A DNA stretch of 64,000 nucleotides, from assembly GCA_964304625.1 (NCBI GenBank), contig OZ199838.1, positions 667,059 through 731,058 of the forward strand. The letters are read 5' to 3'. Numbering within the stretch: position 1 is the first letter of the stretch; each line of letters starts with the position of its first letter. Of the stretch, positions 13,541 through 26,757 are shown in pieces. The notes below the pieces were generated by a model, which did not search any database, was not told the DNA's origin, and saw only the letters and a program-made list of their open reading frames with translations. A program made the translations under genes and the position numbers. The stretch comes from Kudoa neothunni. Lineage: Eukaryota; Animalia; Cnidaria.

Positions 13541-16278
13541 AAGATTTTACATCATATTGAAAGGGTAAATTTGAAAAAACGTTTGAGAACCCATGATTTA
13601 AACAGTTCGCTTTTTCAGTTAGGCTGCTTAGTACAGTGTCAATGGAATTCCATATGAAATCATTCATCACACTTATAATTGTTGCGATCGATGTAGGGAT
13701 GAAAAAGCTACTTGTAGATGTTATACTGTAGTATTATAACACATCCGGAATGGTCTTGCTAAGCAACAATTGGTCTTTGGATAGCTGAGGCATATGCTAC
13801 TGTTTCCCAACTGTAAGAGGAAAATCAACACGTCAGAAACATTTATTCTATCGCTCACAAACTTCTCTCTGATTTCAAATATTCACTCTGTGGTATAGAG
13901 TGTATTATTATATTGAAAATTATTTTTATAACAACAAACTTGCCGTGTCTTTTTAAGAAAAGCTCATCATTCGACCTAAATCAATCTATATCTCACCAAA
14001 ATCCAAAAACTACTTATGAACAAGAAATGTAAAACAAATCTCATTAAAGGACCCCACATTTTATTTCACTTTTGGTTCCTTTGCTAGTGAACGTTTGTCT
14101 GGTAATATTGTGATTAACGCATTTTTAGTCATACCTAGAAATACTCATTTCCCACTTAAACCTTATCTACGAATTGTGCATCAAGAATTCGCTATCAAAT
14201 ATCCAAAAATGAAATTAAAAAATCTTAATGAAATCAAATTAATTTAATAATTTAAATAATATATTGAGTTTAGAATCCTTGAATAATATCTAACTATATG
14301 ATCGACCTCAAAGGAAACAATTGTATTAAAATTGGAGTACAACTCGTTGTTTTTCAATTACAAGTACATCAGAGTAAGGAAATGGTTGAAGTCTTAAATT
14401 CAATCCGTATATAAATATTTTTGATTGATTTTGCTCATATGTTTTAGTTGTACACCAAATCAACCTCTCCGTATGTTGAAGGAAGACCTTTTGTGACTAT
14501 ATAAAAAATACCGAAAAATATCTTATTTATTCGTATGATATGCTTATGAATAACATAATTAAAATTATAAAGATATTGAAGGTACTCTTATTAATATTTT
14601 TTAATAATTTTTTGTTCAGAGTCAAGTCATATTCTGTTTTATAAATCATCAACATCCAAATATTATTCTGACTTTGTTGAGAGAGGATTTATATTTAATC
14701 ATTACTAAAATGAGACAATTTATATTGATTAAGTATAGGATTTCATATAATAGAATTTTTCAAACAATATAACTAATTATAGAATATTTTTTCAATTAAA
14801 TTGTAAACAATGTGGTTTTTTTATTTTCTACTTATCTAACGTTATATTTTTTTTAATTCGGAGTGTTGAAAGTATTATTATTTTTAATTTCAAAAGAGGT
14901 AATTTTTTGTGTTCATGCTTCTGTTTGGGTCGATTCTCAACAATGGTTTCCATTACATAATACTAACTACGATGAGTTTTTGAATGTTTATTTCGTTAAT
15001 GGCATTCATTTGAAATTAACTTTGAAGCAACATTGAATGTATAAATCAGTCGGATCTGTTGATATTCCTTTTATTTGTATAGATATTAATTGAACGTGCT
15101 GGAAGTATTTCTCGTATCAAAACCCCGAATATACTTTTCACTCTAGAGTTACTCCAATAACAAATAATACAAGTGTTTATCGAATTATTTTTTTTACTCC
15201 AAATCGAATATAACATAATCAAATTTTCTGTTCGAGTTAATTCTTATTGTACATACTTGTCATAGAGTTAAACAATATTAGTTAGATGCAATGATGAATC
15301 AATGTTATTGCTGAATAGCACAAGTTTTAATAACACTAAATTGATAGTTAACCCATAATTATTTATACCTAAACTAACATTTACGCCAATCACATTTCAA
15401 CTACTGTAAGTGATGAATACAAAAAAGTGGAACAAAAATAAACAAACCGGCAAAAGTACAAAATAAAAAAATAATTTTCTATCAATTGTATTCAATAATG
15501 TAGACAGAAATTTGATTTGTTTCGTTAATAACCTACCAATTTTACATTCCCTGTTGGATCCGCCACTCTTGTCGTAGTTGCCATCGTTATTATTTTTTTT
15601 ATGATTTCTTCATTATATTATTTCAAACAAATTTAATTAACTATTTGTTAAAAATTATTTTTAACAAATTTTATTATTATGTTATTTTCTTGCGTTATGC
15701 TTATTTTTAGTGGATTAGGTAAATTTAAAACATGTAAATGGGGTGAGAATTATTTGCGTTTGTATTCAAATTTTTCCATACTTTTTGATATAAAAGGTTC
15801 GTTTTATAAGAATTGAAACAAAATAATGTCTGATTTTAAGTATGTTTATTTTAATTTATTAAAAAATTTTTAACTTAATTTTTTTTATTTGAATGAATAT
15901 TATATACGTTATAAGTTTTTTTAATAATAAAATATTTGGGCACATATGATATTTCTGCAAATTAATTATGAATGAAGGTTTTATATGAAAGATTGTATAA
16001 ATCTATACATAATTCGATGTTATTTTATGAGATTGTGATACAGCATTTATTTTTCTCTATTTTTGGGAATAATGGTGGTAAATTGTTATTTTATATTTAT
16101 AAAAAATTGAAATAAAATTTTCGTAATAATAAGAAAATTTAATAACCCACCTCGTCTTATGATCAATGAATAATACGATTGATTGATCCTTGTTCTAGTA
16201 AACATCGGTGTATTATTTAATTATCGACGGTCATAATTAAACTATTATTTGTGAATAGCATTTACAATAATTGAAAAA

Positions 16279-17727
16279 ATGTTATTTTTATTAACATTTG
16301 TTGTCATTAACACCAATTATTTTCATATAAAATCAGGTACATATCATTCGTTCTATCTAACTAATTCCATTATAGAGCCAGCACTTCCATCCTACGAAAA
16401 GGATGTTGGTGAATTTAAGCCAGGTGAAGATATAAACAACGAACTAACAAGGTGGTATATCAATATAAAAACAACTAAATGCGAAACTTTCCAATACAAA
16501 GGAACAAGAGGCAACTTTAATAACTTCAGAACCGAAATAGAATGCCAAAGACATCGTAGATTTTCCATTGATGTAATATAATAATCTTTCATAGTTGAAA
16601 ATCCTATTTCTGATAAAATTAATGGGTGCCAAGAAAAAATGAAACAAAAAGGGCTTTGCAATGGGAACATAGATAAATGGTCATGGAATAAAGAGAGTAC
16701 GGCTTGTGAACAATTTCAATACTCAGGTTGCGGTGGGAATAGAAACCGATACGATACGCAAGAAGAATGCAAAAGTTTCTGTTTTAGTATATTTAACACA
16801 AAAACACAATGTTTACAATCACATTTTTACACACAGATAAGGAATATGGGAATTTGCCTGATACTGTAGATTCAAGTAAAACACAAGATAAAGAAAAATA
16901 CGCCCTTCCAAATTATCATGACTGTCACTTGAAACCAGACCTTCAGAAGAGGACCGCTGAAATCAAAGCTATTGCATTAATTAAGGAGAAACAATGTGTT
17001 TATGCGGCAGCGGGATCAAGCGATGCAAACAAACCGATAAGAGGAGCATTCAAAAATATTAACGATTGTATCAAAAAATGCTTCCGTAATTAATATTCAC
17101 ACAATTTAAATAATCATTCAATAGCATACGGACATGATGATGAAGTTAATGGGGAGGTTACAGCATTGAAACAAAAAATTCCAGCGTGTAGTAGAGTACA
17201 ACCTGATCAGTTTGAAATGACAGGGACAGAAAGTCATCACCCAACAATAAGGTTCTACTACGACCATAGTAACAAGGGTTGTACACGCTTCGAGAGCTGG
17301 CCTGGTACTTTTGACATTAATAAAAATAATTTTCCTTCAGCTGAAATCTGCGAAAGTTATTGTGGATGGGGTAAAATAGAAATCCTACAAATATTTTACT
17401 GAAAATTAAATAGATAAGGAAGTAGAAACGACAGCTATTGAAAGAGAACCAGTTTGTTATATGCCAAAAGCTGGTGAATACAGCGAATCTGATAATATTA
17501 ATGGAAATCTAAACGTTAAAAGATGGTATTTTGATAGTTCCGAAAGTCAATTTAAATGCCGTTCTTTCTTCTATGGCGGACTTAATGGAAATGCTAATAA
17601 TTTTAAATCATTTGATGCTTGCAAAGTTATTTGTTGGGAACAAATGGATCCTGATGCAACATCACATGGTAAAGAGAATGATGAAAATACTGGTACTGGC
17701 GACGATAAACGAAAGGGACAATCGTGA
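16279..17727 (+). CDS. Secreted five-domain Kunitz/BPTI-like protein (412 aa, 6 exons)
   Basis: Exons 16279-16336, 16376-16555, 16595-16786, 16837-17085, 17125-17370 and 17414-17727; introns of 39, 39, 50, 39 and 43 nt, all phase 1 GT-AG; the frame is intact. Kunitz motifs include FQYSGCGGNRNRYDTQEEC and FFYGGLNGNANNFKSFDAC. One domain per exon follows a hydrophobic leader exon. Confidence 0.92.
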
Positions 17728-17968
17728 GATATATACCCTCAATATTTACTTTAAACTAGTATAATAAATTAACTTTATATTATATTTACTTTAAAAGAAC
17801 GAATTTTATTTATCCAATTCAGAAAAATTAATAAAATGGGATTACATGACCATTATAAAATTTTTATGCAATAAGTGTGAGAGTCATTAAATTTATGTTA
17901 TATTATATCATTGAAATATTTCTCTCAAATAAAGTCAGAATTGAATTATACGAAAAGAAGTATTATCA

Positions 17969-17976
<8 letters not shown>

Positions 17977-18014
<38 letters not shown>
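17977..18014. repeat. (TA)n microsatellite followed by (AAT)n
   Basis: Directly visible tandem repeat. Confidence 0.9.
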
Positions 18015-18015
<1 letters not shown>

Positions 18016-18335
18016 ATTACTAGTTGTGAAATGTATTCTTGATTAAATAATTCTGTTTTCTGCATTTTGTATATATTTTAACATCACATAGAAGCTATCA
18101 CAATAGGAGACATTCAACTCATTGTATTCAACTGAGAAATTCTTCTACTTCCTACTTATTCTAGAGATTTGCACTTATAATCAAATTCATGAAATTAATT
18201 ACTCTCTATTGGGTTAAAAGGGGAGCTTGTTATGAAACTATATGTATTTAATTTTGAGCGGATCCATTGAACCATTGAATCTGCTGTATAACACGATACG
18301 CGCAATGTCGTGAATTATAATTGGATTCCATAGAG

Positions 18336-18617
18336 CAGTGGTTCCCAACGTTTTGGGCGTTTATCGAACCCTTATTGATTATAATGAGAATTATGTTAAG
18401 AATTCATTATATATATATATTATTAAATTACTATGAAAAATTTCCACATATTTATTTTCTATTTTTTCAATCACAAAACAACAAATAATAAATAAGAATA
18501 CAAAAAATGAGATTTCTACTTTTGTTTTTCGGAGTCTACTTTATGTATTATTATTTCAATCTTCGAACCCTAGCACTAACATTTAAATTTCCATCGGACC
18601 CCGGTTCGGAATCACTG
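18336..18617. mobile_element. hAT-type MITE (282 bp)
   Basis: TIRs CAGTGGTTCCCAAC / GTTCGGAATCACTG, flanked by a near-perfect 8-bp duplication CCATAGAG / GCATAGAG. An 8-bp TSD is typical of hAT. Confidence 0.85.
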
Positions 18618-19666
18618 GCATAGAGCATTGAAAATGCAGGGACGCTTTGATTCAATGAGACATTTTATAAAAACATTATTAATCACTGGCTTATCATGAA
18701 TTTTTGTGATATTTATTCGTTATTTATTCATAGATGACAAAACCGAAATATATTTATTCTGTGCAGTTGTAACAGAGAGTTACGAATAAACAACTATTGT
18801 TGAAGAAACCCTTTTGAGCTCGTCACTGACAAGAACCTAATTTCGCACATAAGTATCAAAAAAACATATATTTCCAGTTAAAATTTCAAAAGTCATTGAC
18901 ATACTTAAATCATGTTCCAATAATAGATTCACAATTCTTATCTCAATAATTGAATCAATAGTTTTTATTGTGTAATGGATGCAACAGATAACTCTCAATC
19001 ATACGTATGATCAGTGAAATTCAAAATATGTCGCATAATAATCTGGTGATATGGTTCATTCTTAACACCTAATTATAGACGACTCAAGGTAACATGACTA
19101 ATTGATGATTGTTTGTTAACTTCAATTTTCTGCAATCTCGGGAAACGTGAACTTTATGACACCTATTTTGTTATAATTGTTAATAATTTTTCAACAAGAT
19201 TTGCAGCTCAAGTGAGATCCTTTCAGAAATATATTTTGTCCAGATTCCTTTAGCGATTTAGTTATGATATTTTCCTTATCCTCATTGCTAATGATCACTG
19301 AGACTTTGTTTTTTTGACCGTATTCAGAAATAAACGTCATCCTAAAAATATGAATCAATATAATATTAATACTATAGGTTGCCGATAGTACGTACGACGG
19401 ATCGTATGCAATTTATTTGTGGTTTATCTTAGGTTTTGAAATATTATACTAATTAATAATAGTAATAATTCTAAGTCGGAATACAGAACTTTTGAGGAAA
19501 AAAATAATCAAATATTACTCCAGTCTTCCATATAATGTTGCCAAGGCTGCTACAATCAAACATTTTTGATTCCCTCCGTGTCTACATTGAATGGTAGTTT
19601 TATTAATAATTTTTCTAGTATTTATTATATTTGTTATGCTAACCATAATTAAAACGATATGGTCTA

Positions 19667-20102
19667 TTTTGCTTTACAATATAAAACCCCTGGCGCAACT
19701 TATTAAGTTGTGGAATTCTGGTTGGTCAGACCTTTTCCATTAACGCTTTTGGTATCGCAGGACGTAACATGAAACCCTGCCCCTAATCATCATGCTGTAT
19801 AATAAGACTTTAACCAACAAACATACTCGTCTAATGGCGATCACTACCACAAAACCTATTCCTTTATGGAAGTTGGATCTGCGAGTACTGCAAATTACTT
19901 GCCTTTCGATGGGTTCCGGAGATTCAAACTCCTATTCACGCTCATCCCTTTCCACAGTGAGCGTAAAGTTTAATCACAGCTCACAAGTATGGGATAGAGA
20001 CCCACCGACATGGAAGCAATTTTCTGATCACCGACGGATTCAAACTCATTACCTCATGGTTCTGAATCTGAGTGTGATACCAATATGCTATCTATGCTCG
20101 GC
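19667..20102 (-). mobile_element. tRNA-derived SINE, copy 2 of 3
   Basis: The reverse complement begins GCCGAGCATAGATAGCATATTGG...GAGTTTGAATCC and ends CAGAATTCCACAAC...TTGTAAAGCAAAA; it is collinear with the other two copies. Confidence 0.8.
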
Positions 20103-21254
20103 ACAATTCAATGTTTGTTACAAGCAAAGATTCACAATCAAATTTTTTTTAACGGATAATTCGGTTCTGCTATGCCAAACTAAAGCGACTCAACGTGATA
20201 TATCACAAAATTTAATTCTATATTTCGAAAACTTACACTCAAATAATTTGAATTTTTTAAAATTTGGGTAGGGAAAAGCCTCGATTTTATGGATGATAAC
20301 AAAATACATGGTGTATTTTTCGTCAAATAAACTTTCCAAACGCAAACAATAATCTCGCATAAAAATTTTATGTTTCTTTCGAATCATTGATTTTATACGA
20401 TGAAACAAAATAAACATCTGACGATAATATAAAAATGAAACAAACGAATTGCAAAATGTGACGATGTCGTATTCACTTGCCCCGACTGATCAAAGAAATC
20501 GGAAATTAATTTGAAAAATTCAGTTGCACCAACACATTTGTTCTAGTTCAATGCATCAAAGTATTTTTTAGCCGGATGATTTTCTAGCACAACCTCCAAG
20601 TTATCGGAACACGTCATTATCGTCCTATTTCGATCGTTGAGACCTTTCTATGATCGCGTTGTTGGGCCCCTTATATTTTCTTCAGAAATTAAGATTGTAA
20701 ATCTGCCGTTTAATTAACAGACCCGAGCAGTAAGTCAACAATCACCTTTAGTATGTATAAATCGAATGTGTCGTTTGTACTAAGATCCCCAGCTACACAT
20801 AGTGAACAAATCAAGATTAGATATTATAACAAAAGTAAAGTTTATTAATAAACTTATTATTGATAAAAACATATAATTATTATATTAAAATACATAAATA
20901 TAAATTATTAAAATTTGGCTTATAACAATTTTATCCTGATTTACCAAACAGAATTTTGAGGAATTAAGATGGCGTATAGTTAAGTAAACCACTTTTACAT
21001 TTATATACCCACAAAAATTTTTACATCAATTTAATAGATAAAATACCATGAGATATAATATTGTGAAGGTGATGAGCAGCATTCCTGGTTGTGCCGAACC
21101 CTCTTAGACCTGATTGATTGTTTACTGCCGATTCACAAACAGTTCTTAGATCAGATTTGTTAAATGAAGATTTACTAAAAAATCCCGGGAAAATTTTATT
21201 TATATCTTCTGTAATGTGTTTTCAGGAGAATCAATCATGTCATATAGGGAATTG

Positions 21255-21326
21255 TAGTGGATGAGGATTGAACCCGTGGTCCTCGAGCTAAAAGTGGCAG
21301 TCACTTACCATCTTGGTTATGGACTA
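21255..21326 (-). pseudogene. tRNA-like pseudogene or SINE head (72 nt)
   Basis: The minus strand has A-box-like TAACCAAGATGGTAA and B-box GGGTTCAATCC at tRNA spacing. The acceptor stem is only partly paired (TAGT/ACTA) and the anticodon arm is not formed. Confidence 0.5.
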
Positions 21327-22328
21327 TGGCGATGTTGAAGGGTGAAATATTTAACAAATAACACCGACATATCAATAATTGAATTGATTATAGCAATATC
21401 AGTACAAATATCAAAGATTGGGCATATACTATTGTGATTGATTGTTTTAATTAAATAGTCCATTATAAAATACATGCGTTCATACTCATTCATAATTATT
21501 TTTAAACGCACTTTCTGGATAAAATCATAAGCCTAGAATTATGTTAATTGAACTTCTGTCCTAAGTTAAATGAAAAGTTTATCATCTCAATAAACGATGT
21601 ACTTTCCATTATTGAAAACGGAAGGATTGTTTCAGCTAAAAAATTAGCAATTTTAATATAAAACACTACCTAATCTGATACGCTTAAATTAACAATAGAT
21701 GTAGCTGAAACAAATAATTCACTCATTTTTATATCTTTATTTGTTTGAGTATGTAACTTAGAATGACTATTAAGTTTCCCTATTCCCGTAAGACGACTTG
21801 GACAGGAATGCTTTGCTGGATTTGTGTACACAATAAAATAAATTTTAGATGTTTCATCCACGTCTTTAGTAATGTCGGAACAGAAATTGTCCCATTCTTT
21901 GGAATGAGTGGTAGATTTTTTCCAAGAGAATAATCCATCAACTTCAAAGTCTCTTTAACACTTTCCCATAATCCAGTATGACATAATATAACTAAAAGCG
22001 GACACAAACACGAACGAAACACGAAGTAGTTTTAAACATGTAACAAAATGGTGCATGAACACGAATGAACGAAATTTACAAGAACGAATGGCATTGTTTG
22101 GTAGTACTAAATGATAATGTACAAAAATCAACTCTAACTTTAATGTAATTTTATTATTGTTAAAATATTAATATAAATTTTTAAATTAATATTATTTAAA
22201 TTCTTTTAAATAAAATACGATATAACAAAAAATATATAAAATTTGAAATTATAAATATCCCAGTTCTAATTACGTCATATTTCAGTATTATCGGATTTAT
22301 GATTTTGAGCGAATGAGTCATTTTGCAT

Positions 22329-23708
22329 CTAGACCTGACTAGTACTTAAAGGAGTCTTGCAAATAGCTGTGCATGCGGCACTGTCTTTAAAGTTATTCAA
22401 TTCATCCTTTTCCCGTTGAAATGAAACTGCACACAGCTTTGCGTATTTGCATCATAGTAATGCCTAGGTATTTTGTATTTATCGCCCGATTGCCACTCAC
22501 CTACTTTTTCTTGTGTACACGCTTTACCGCATTGAGATCACCAAGGTGTCCAACTACATTCGATTAAATATATAATACTAAAAATATAATAAATGTAAAG
22601 TACTGGCAGGACAAAAACTCGCACACATCTCTGCAGAACTAAATATATTTTGTGAACCGTCGTCAACCTTAACTGATTCTCCGGGTGAACTTTTAGAGTA
22701 GAAGGGACGACATACTTTGTTAGCATTGTCAAAATAAAAGTATTCTTTAACATTAGCCTCTTGTGTTATTTCTTGTCCAGGTTGTTCTTGGTATGGTTCA
22801 GTTGCACTGCAAGCAGCAACATAATCCTCTAATTATTACTATTATTGCAGCGTCTATCATCGAAATTTTATACTTATGCATGTATTTACGCACGTTGGTA
22901 GTTCCTCAAAAAATCCTCTTTCTGAATCTTTACCAACAGCAGCATATACACATCTATTTTTATCTTTGTGTAATACAAACTCCCATTTTTGGGGTAGCGT
23001 CATCTACTTCAGCTGCGAAAAGACAATCGAACTTGTTAGGGAATAGCGGTAAGTTTGCTATCAGCAACTGCATCATTTACCTTCCCATTTTTTTTATCTA
23101 AATCAAGGTAATTAATTTTATGGAATAATATATAAACAAATTCATTAAAGCTTAATTACTTTGACAAGCATTTTTGCATTCTTGTTCAGTCATAAAATTA
23201 TTGGCGTTTCCTCCGCATCCAGAGTATTTAAATGACTGACATGAGGCGTTTTCGTCTGCACCAGACCCCTGTCTTCGAAAAATACCACCTATCTCTTTTA
23301 TTCGCCTCGGGTACTTGGCAAGCGCCTTCATCTTTACCTAATTCACACCGCTTTGGATTGTTCTTCCGGTGTGAATTTGACTAATAATTATGTAAGAAAA
23401 AATTTATATCCAATGATTTACGATGATATTGGCAAACGGCTTTTGACACAAAGTTGTTAAAATTTCCTAGGGAACCCAAGTATCGGAATTTTTTGCACGT
23501 AGCGGTGTTTATGTCGACATACCATCTGTCAACTATTGCTTTAGCTTTCTCATCATCAGTCATCCAATTTGGAGGTGCTCCCGTGATCTTTTTCATATGA
23601 ATCCAATGACCTTTCTATTTTTCATTTAAAAAAGATAGGACAAAACGATATAAATGTACCTAGGGAAGCTGTTCCTAATAAAAAAAAGATAATTAAGGAT
23701 AACTTCAT
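22329..23708 (-). pseudogene. Paralogous five-domain Kunitz gene disrupted by ~7 single-base indels (pseudogene or assembly errors)
   Basis: Exons 23708-23660, 23614-23422, 23380-23160, 23097-22874, 22828-22604 and 22553-22329; GT-AG introns of 45, 41, 62, 45 and 50 nt at positions equivalent to those of 16279-17727. Leader MKLSLIIFFLLGTASL; shared motifs SYEKDxG, RWY, GCGGNANNF and CVYAA. Confidence 0.85.
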
Positions 23709-24816
23709 TCTAATAATTATTGCAACAGGCTATTTAAATCGTATATTTACGATGTCCGAATTAATATTATAATTATCATATTTATTAGTTTCATACACGA
23801 TGTTATTCATTAAATACGAATGCGTGATATCAATAGTGATCATAAATTCATCAACCATAATGTTGTATTACGAATCAATATTCAATCAACCAATTTTGTT
23901 TGTGCTAACGAAACCTAGGCATCATCATTCAGTATAATGAATTAACTTTTTTATTATATTTCGACTGCTTTTATTTTGAATATAATAACAATATTTTTTT
24001 GTTATTAAATTATTTAAAATCCTAAAGTTAAATAATGATAAGGACGAACATAATCTTCTTTAAGTAAATGGCATATTTTTTATATATAGATACACTTACA
24101 ATCAGAACCGTTATCAAATTAAATTAACAAAAAATCGATACATAATATATTAACCATAAAAAATTATTTTAATCTCTTTGTAAATTTAAACACAACGCAA
24201 AGTTTATCAATAAAAATGTGTTTCAATTATGATAGATTTTATTATAGCCTATAAAAAATTTTGCACATCTGAGAAAGTAATACTAATTAAATTACTGATT
24301 TTGCCATTAGTGGTAGTGAAAACACCATTCAAGGAGATACGTTTTCTGACGATATATTTTGAAAAGATTTTATTGTAAATTAATTTATTTATTTAAATTA
24401 TAATTGTAGACAATCTTTAAAAATTATATAATTAAATAAAAATAATTTTCGTTAATATTATTTAATTTTCATAGCTTGTGAGGGGTCCATTAGAATCCCA
24501 ACGCACATGTCTGAACTATCTACAGTTCATCTGTAATTCAAAATAGATTCATAACCAATATTATTCCTTCAAAATGAAATAAATATTCATAACCTTTGTT
24601 CAAACATCATGGGAAAATTTATTTTCCATCGTAAAATAACAATTACCTACATCACATAGTTTTTGAGGTCAACGGAGCCCACAATTTTCTATTATAAAAT
24701 ATAAGCAAAAATTATTTTTTACAAACTTTAGAAAGATTTCAATCGAACAGATATTTTATAAATAACTGAATACGACGCAAGTAAATTTAAATCTTAAGTG
24801 CGATGCCAATATAAGG

Positions 24817-25008
24817 CTGGGGCTCCCATCTTAAACTTGACCCGCACCCTCATTTTTTGACAAAAATTCGCACACCCTTTGCATATGACAAAGTGTAACT
24901 GACTTAATATTTATCAAAAATATTAAGTAATTGTGATTGGATCTCGCACTACCTGAGACCAATGTTCGCACTCCTTAAGGTACGGGCATCCCGAGTTGGG
25001 AACCTCTG
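24817..25008. mobile_element. hAT-type MITE (192 bp)
   Basis: Degenerate TIRs CTGGGGCTCCCATC / GTTGGGAACCTCTG with 8-bp flanks ATATAAGG / AAATAAGG. Confidence 0.7.
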
Positions 25009-25607
25009 AAATAAGGGCTATTGTGAAGCGTGTGAGTCCCCATTTTTAACTTGTTTACGACCTTATTCCTCGAAAGCGGTTCCAAAAAATCTTATATGCT
25101 CTTCTTATCTGGATCGCATCTAAATTTTCCTCAAAATTATAATAAAAAGTTTGTCCTTCTAATCGCATATATGACAATGTAATGAACAATATAAACTGCT
25201 GTTATACGCCAGTTTCTGTATTCCCAACAAGAAAGAATACGATTTTGAGTACAAATTGTAAAACAAATTGTTTTTAATATTTTTTACATCGTATTCCACC
25301 GAAACTAATTTCTCAATAAGTTATTATTAACGGGTTGTAGTTCAGTCATGTAGAATATTCAAAATTTAACCATAGTCAAAACATTTTTTCCAAATTATAT
25401 CAGTATAACTATTTCAGTTATCTGAAATCTTTTCTAGTTAAATCGCTACATTATTAGATGCAATTATTGAGTGCTATTTATTAAATTGTCATCCAAACTG
25501 TACTCAAAGACTCGTTATTAATCAGAAAATGCATAAATAACTAATAATATGGGGTAGTTCATATAAAACGTTTATAATTCTGAAACAATCTTAGCTAAAT
25601 GTTTCAT

Positions 25608-25990
25608 TAACTCACTGCTTCCTTCGTTGAAAAACATTGTTACCAAAGGGATTGGTCCTGATCTAAAGGATGAACTTGATATGATGGTCAGCATAATCAA
25701 CTACATAAAATCAAGACCAATAAAATGACAGCAGTTCAGAATATATTGCGAAATTATGGATACGGGGCATGTCACCCTCTTACTTCACACTGAAGTCCGA
25801 TATCTCCCTCGAGGAAGGGTATTGTATCGGTTTTATGAACTCCAAGAAAAATTGCTGAATTTTATTTAAACAGACAAAGTTGAAGTTATCCGATTTCTCA
25901 CTAACGAAAGTTGTTGTTCAAAGTTGGCCTTCGTATCTGACATCTTCCAGCATTTGAATATATTAAACAAAAGTATGAGGGGTCAAAATA
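25608..25990 (+). mobile_element. hAT transposase fragment (Charlie/Buster, ZBED5/SCAND3-like), degenerate
   Basis: Translates THCFLR*...IINYIKSRPIK*QQFRIYCEIMDTGHVTLLLHTEVRYLPRGRVLYRFYEL...KLAFVSDIFQHLNILNKSMRG, matching the LLLHTEVRWLSRG signature. Confidence 0.85.
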
Positions 25991-26723
25991 GCATAAATAT
26001 GACGAAATATATGTTGTAATTAATTACCTACGAATTCGTAACATAAATTCTAATGACATTTGTTCATTCATCTAAATACGAATATGATAAATCTTATATT
26101 ATCATTATTATTATTATTAGAATAATTCTAAGTTGCAATCGAATTATAATTTATTGATTTTGTATCTAAACAACGTTTAGGTATTGCAAATTTGTAATAA
26201 CCATGTTTTAATTCTTAAAATTAATTATTTGTGATTGGTGATTAGAGTCTTTGAGGATTTTGACATCAGTATTGTTAACAAGTAACCTTGCAAAAATTCC
26301 TAAAACTAAATTAAACATGAAAATATTGTCGGAAACATAAAATAATGCGCCACCTACAGAATATCAAGCGATTTCTCGCTTTAGAGAGAACCTGGTTGGC
26401 GCATGAGTAACAGAGTACCACCGATTCTGATACGGAGGGAACAAATCAAGTTCTTGTCTATAGATATCGCGAAAACCCAAGCTTTTTCCGAGAATTGTTC
26501 ACTTTAAATTAATATTAAGTCTAGAAATATTTAAAAAATATAAATCTCTTATTTAATAACCCTTTGCTGAGTAGAATAAATTAATAATTTTTATATATCA
26601 TCATTTTGAAGATCTTGTCAAGTATAATAAAAATTTTTGACGCAACGGCAACCCCGGCTTTGACTGGAAGTGGGCTAATTTAAATTTAAAAAAATCACTG
26701 AAAAATCGAAAAAATATGTTATT

Positions 26724-26726
<3 letters not shown>

Positions 26727-26755
<29 letters not shown>
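26727..26755. repeat. (TA)n microsatellite
   Basis: Directly visible. Confidence 0.9.

Positions 26756-26757
<2 letters not shown>

Noticed and set aside
13590-14230. Possible hAT relic with a TIR-like GTTTGAGAACCCATG end
   Set aside because: The motif similarity is too weak and no partner terminus was found.
16392-16670. Minus-strand ORFs overlapping the Kunitz gene (also 17531-17764, 22538-22753, 22763-23101, 28871-29212, 29410-29595, 10701-10904, 45663-45884)
   Set aside because: These are shadow or alternative-frame ORFs of the spliced genes.
19792-20271. 159-aa ORF on the + strand
   Set aside because: It is mostly the antisense strand of a SINE copy. GC-richer sequence gives a chance ORF with no recognisable protein features.
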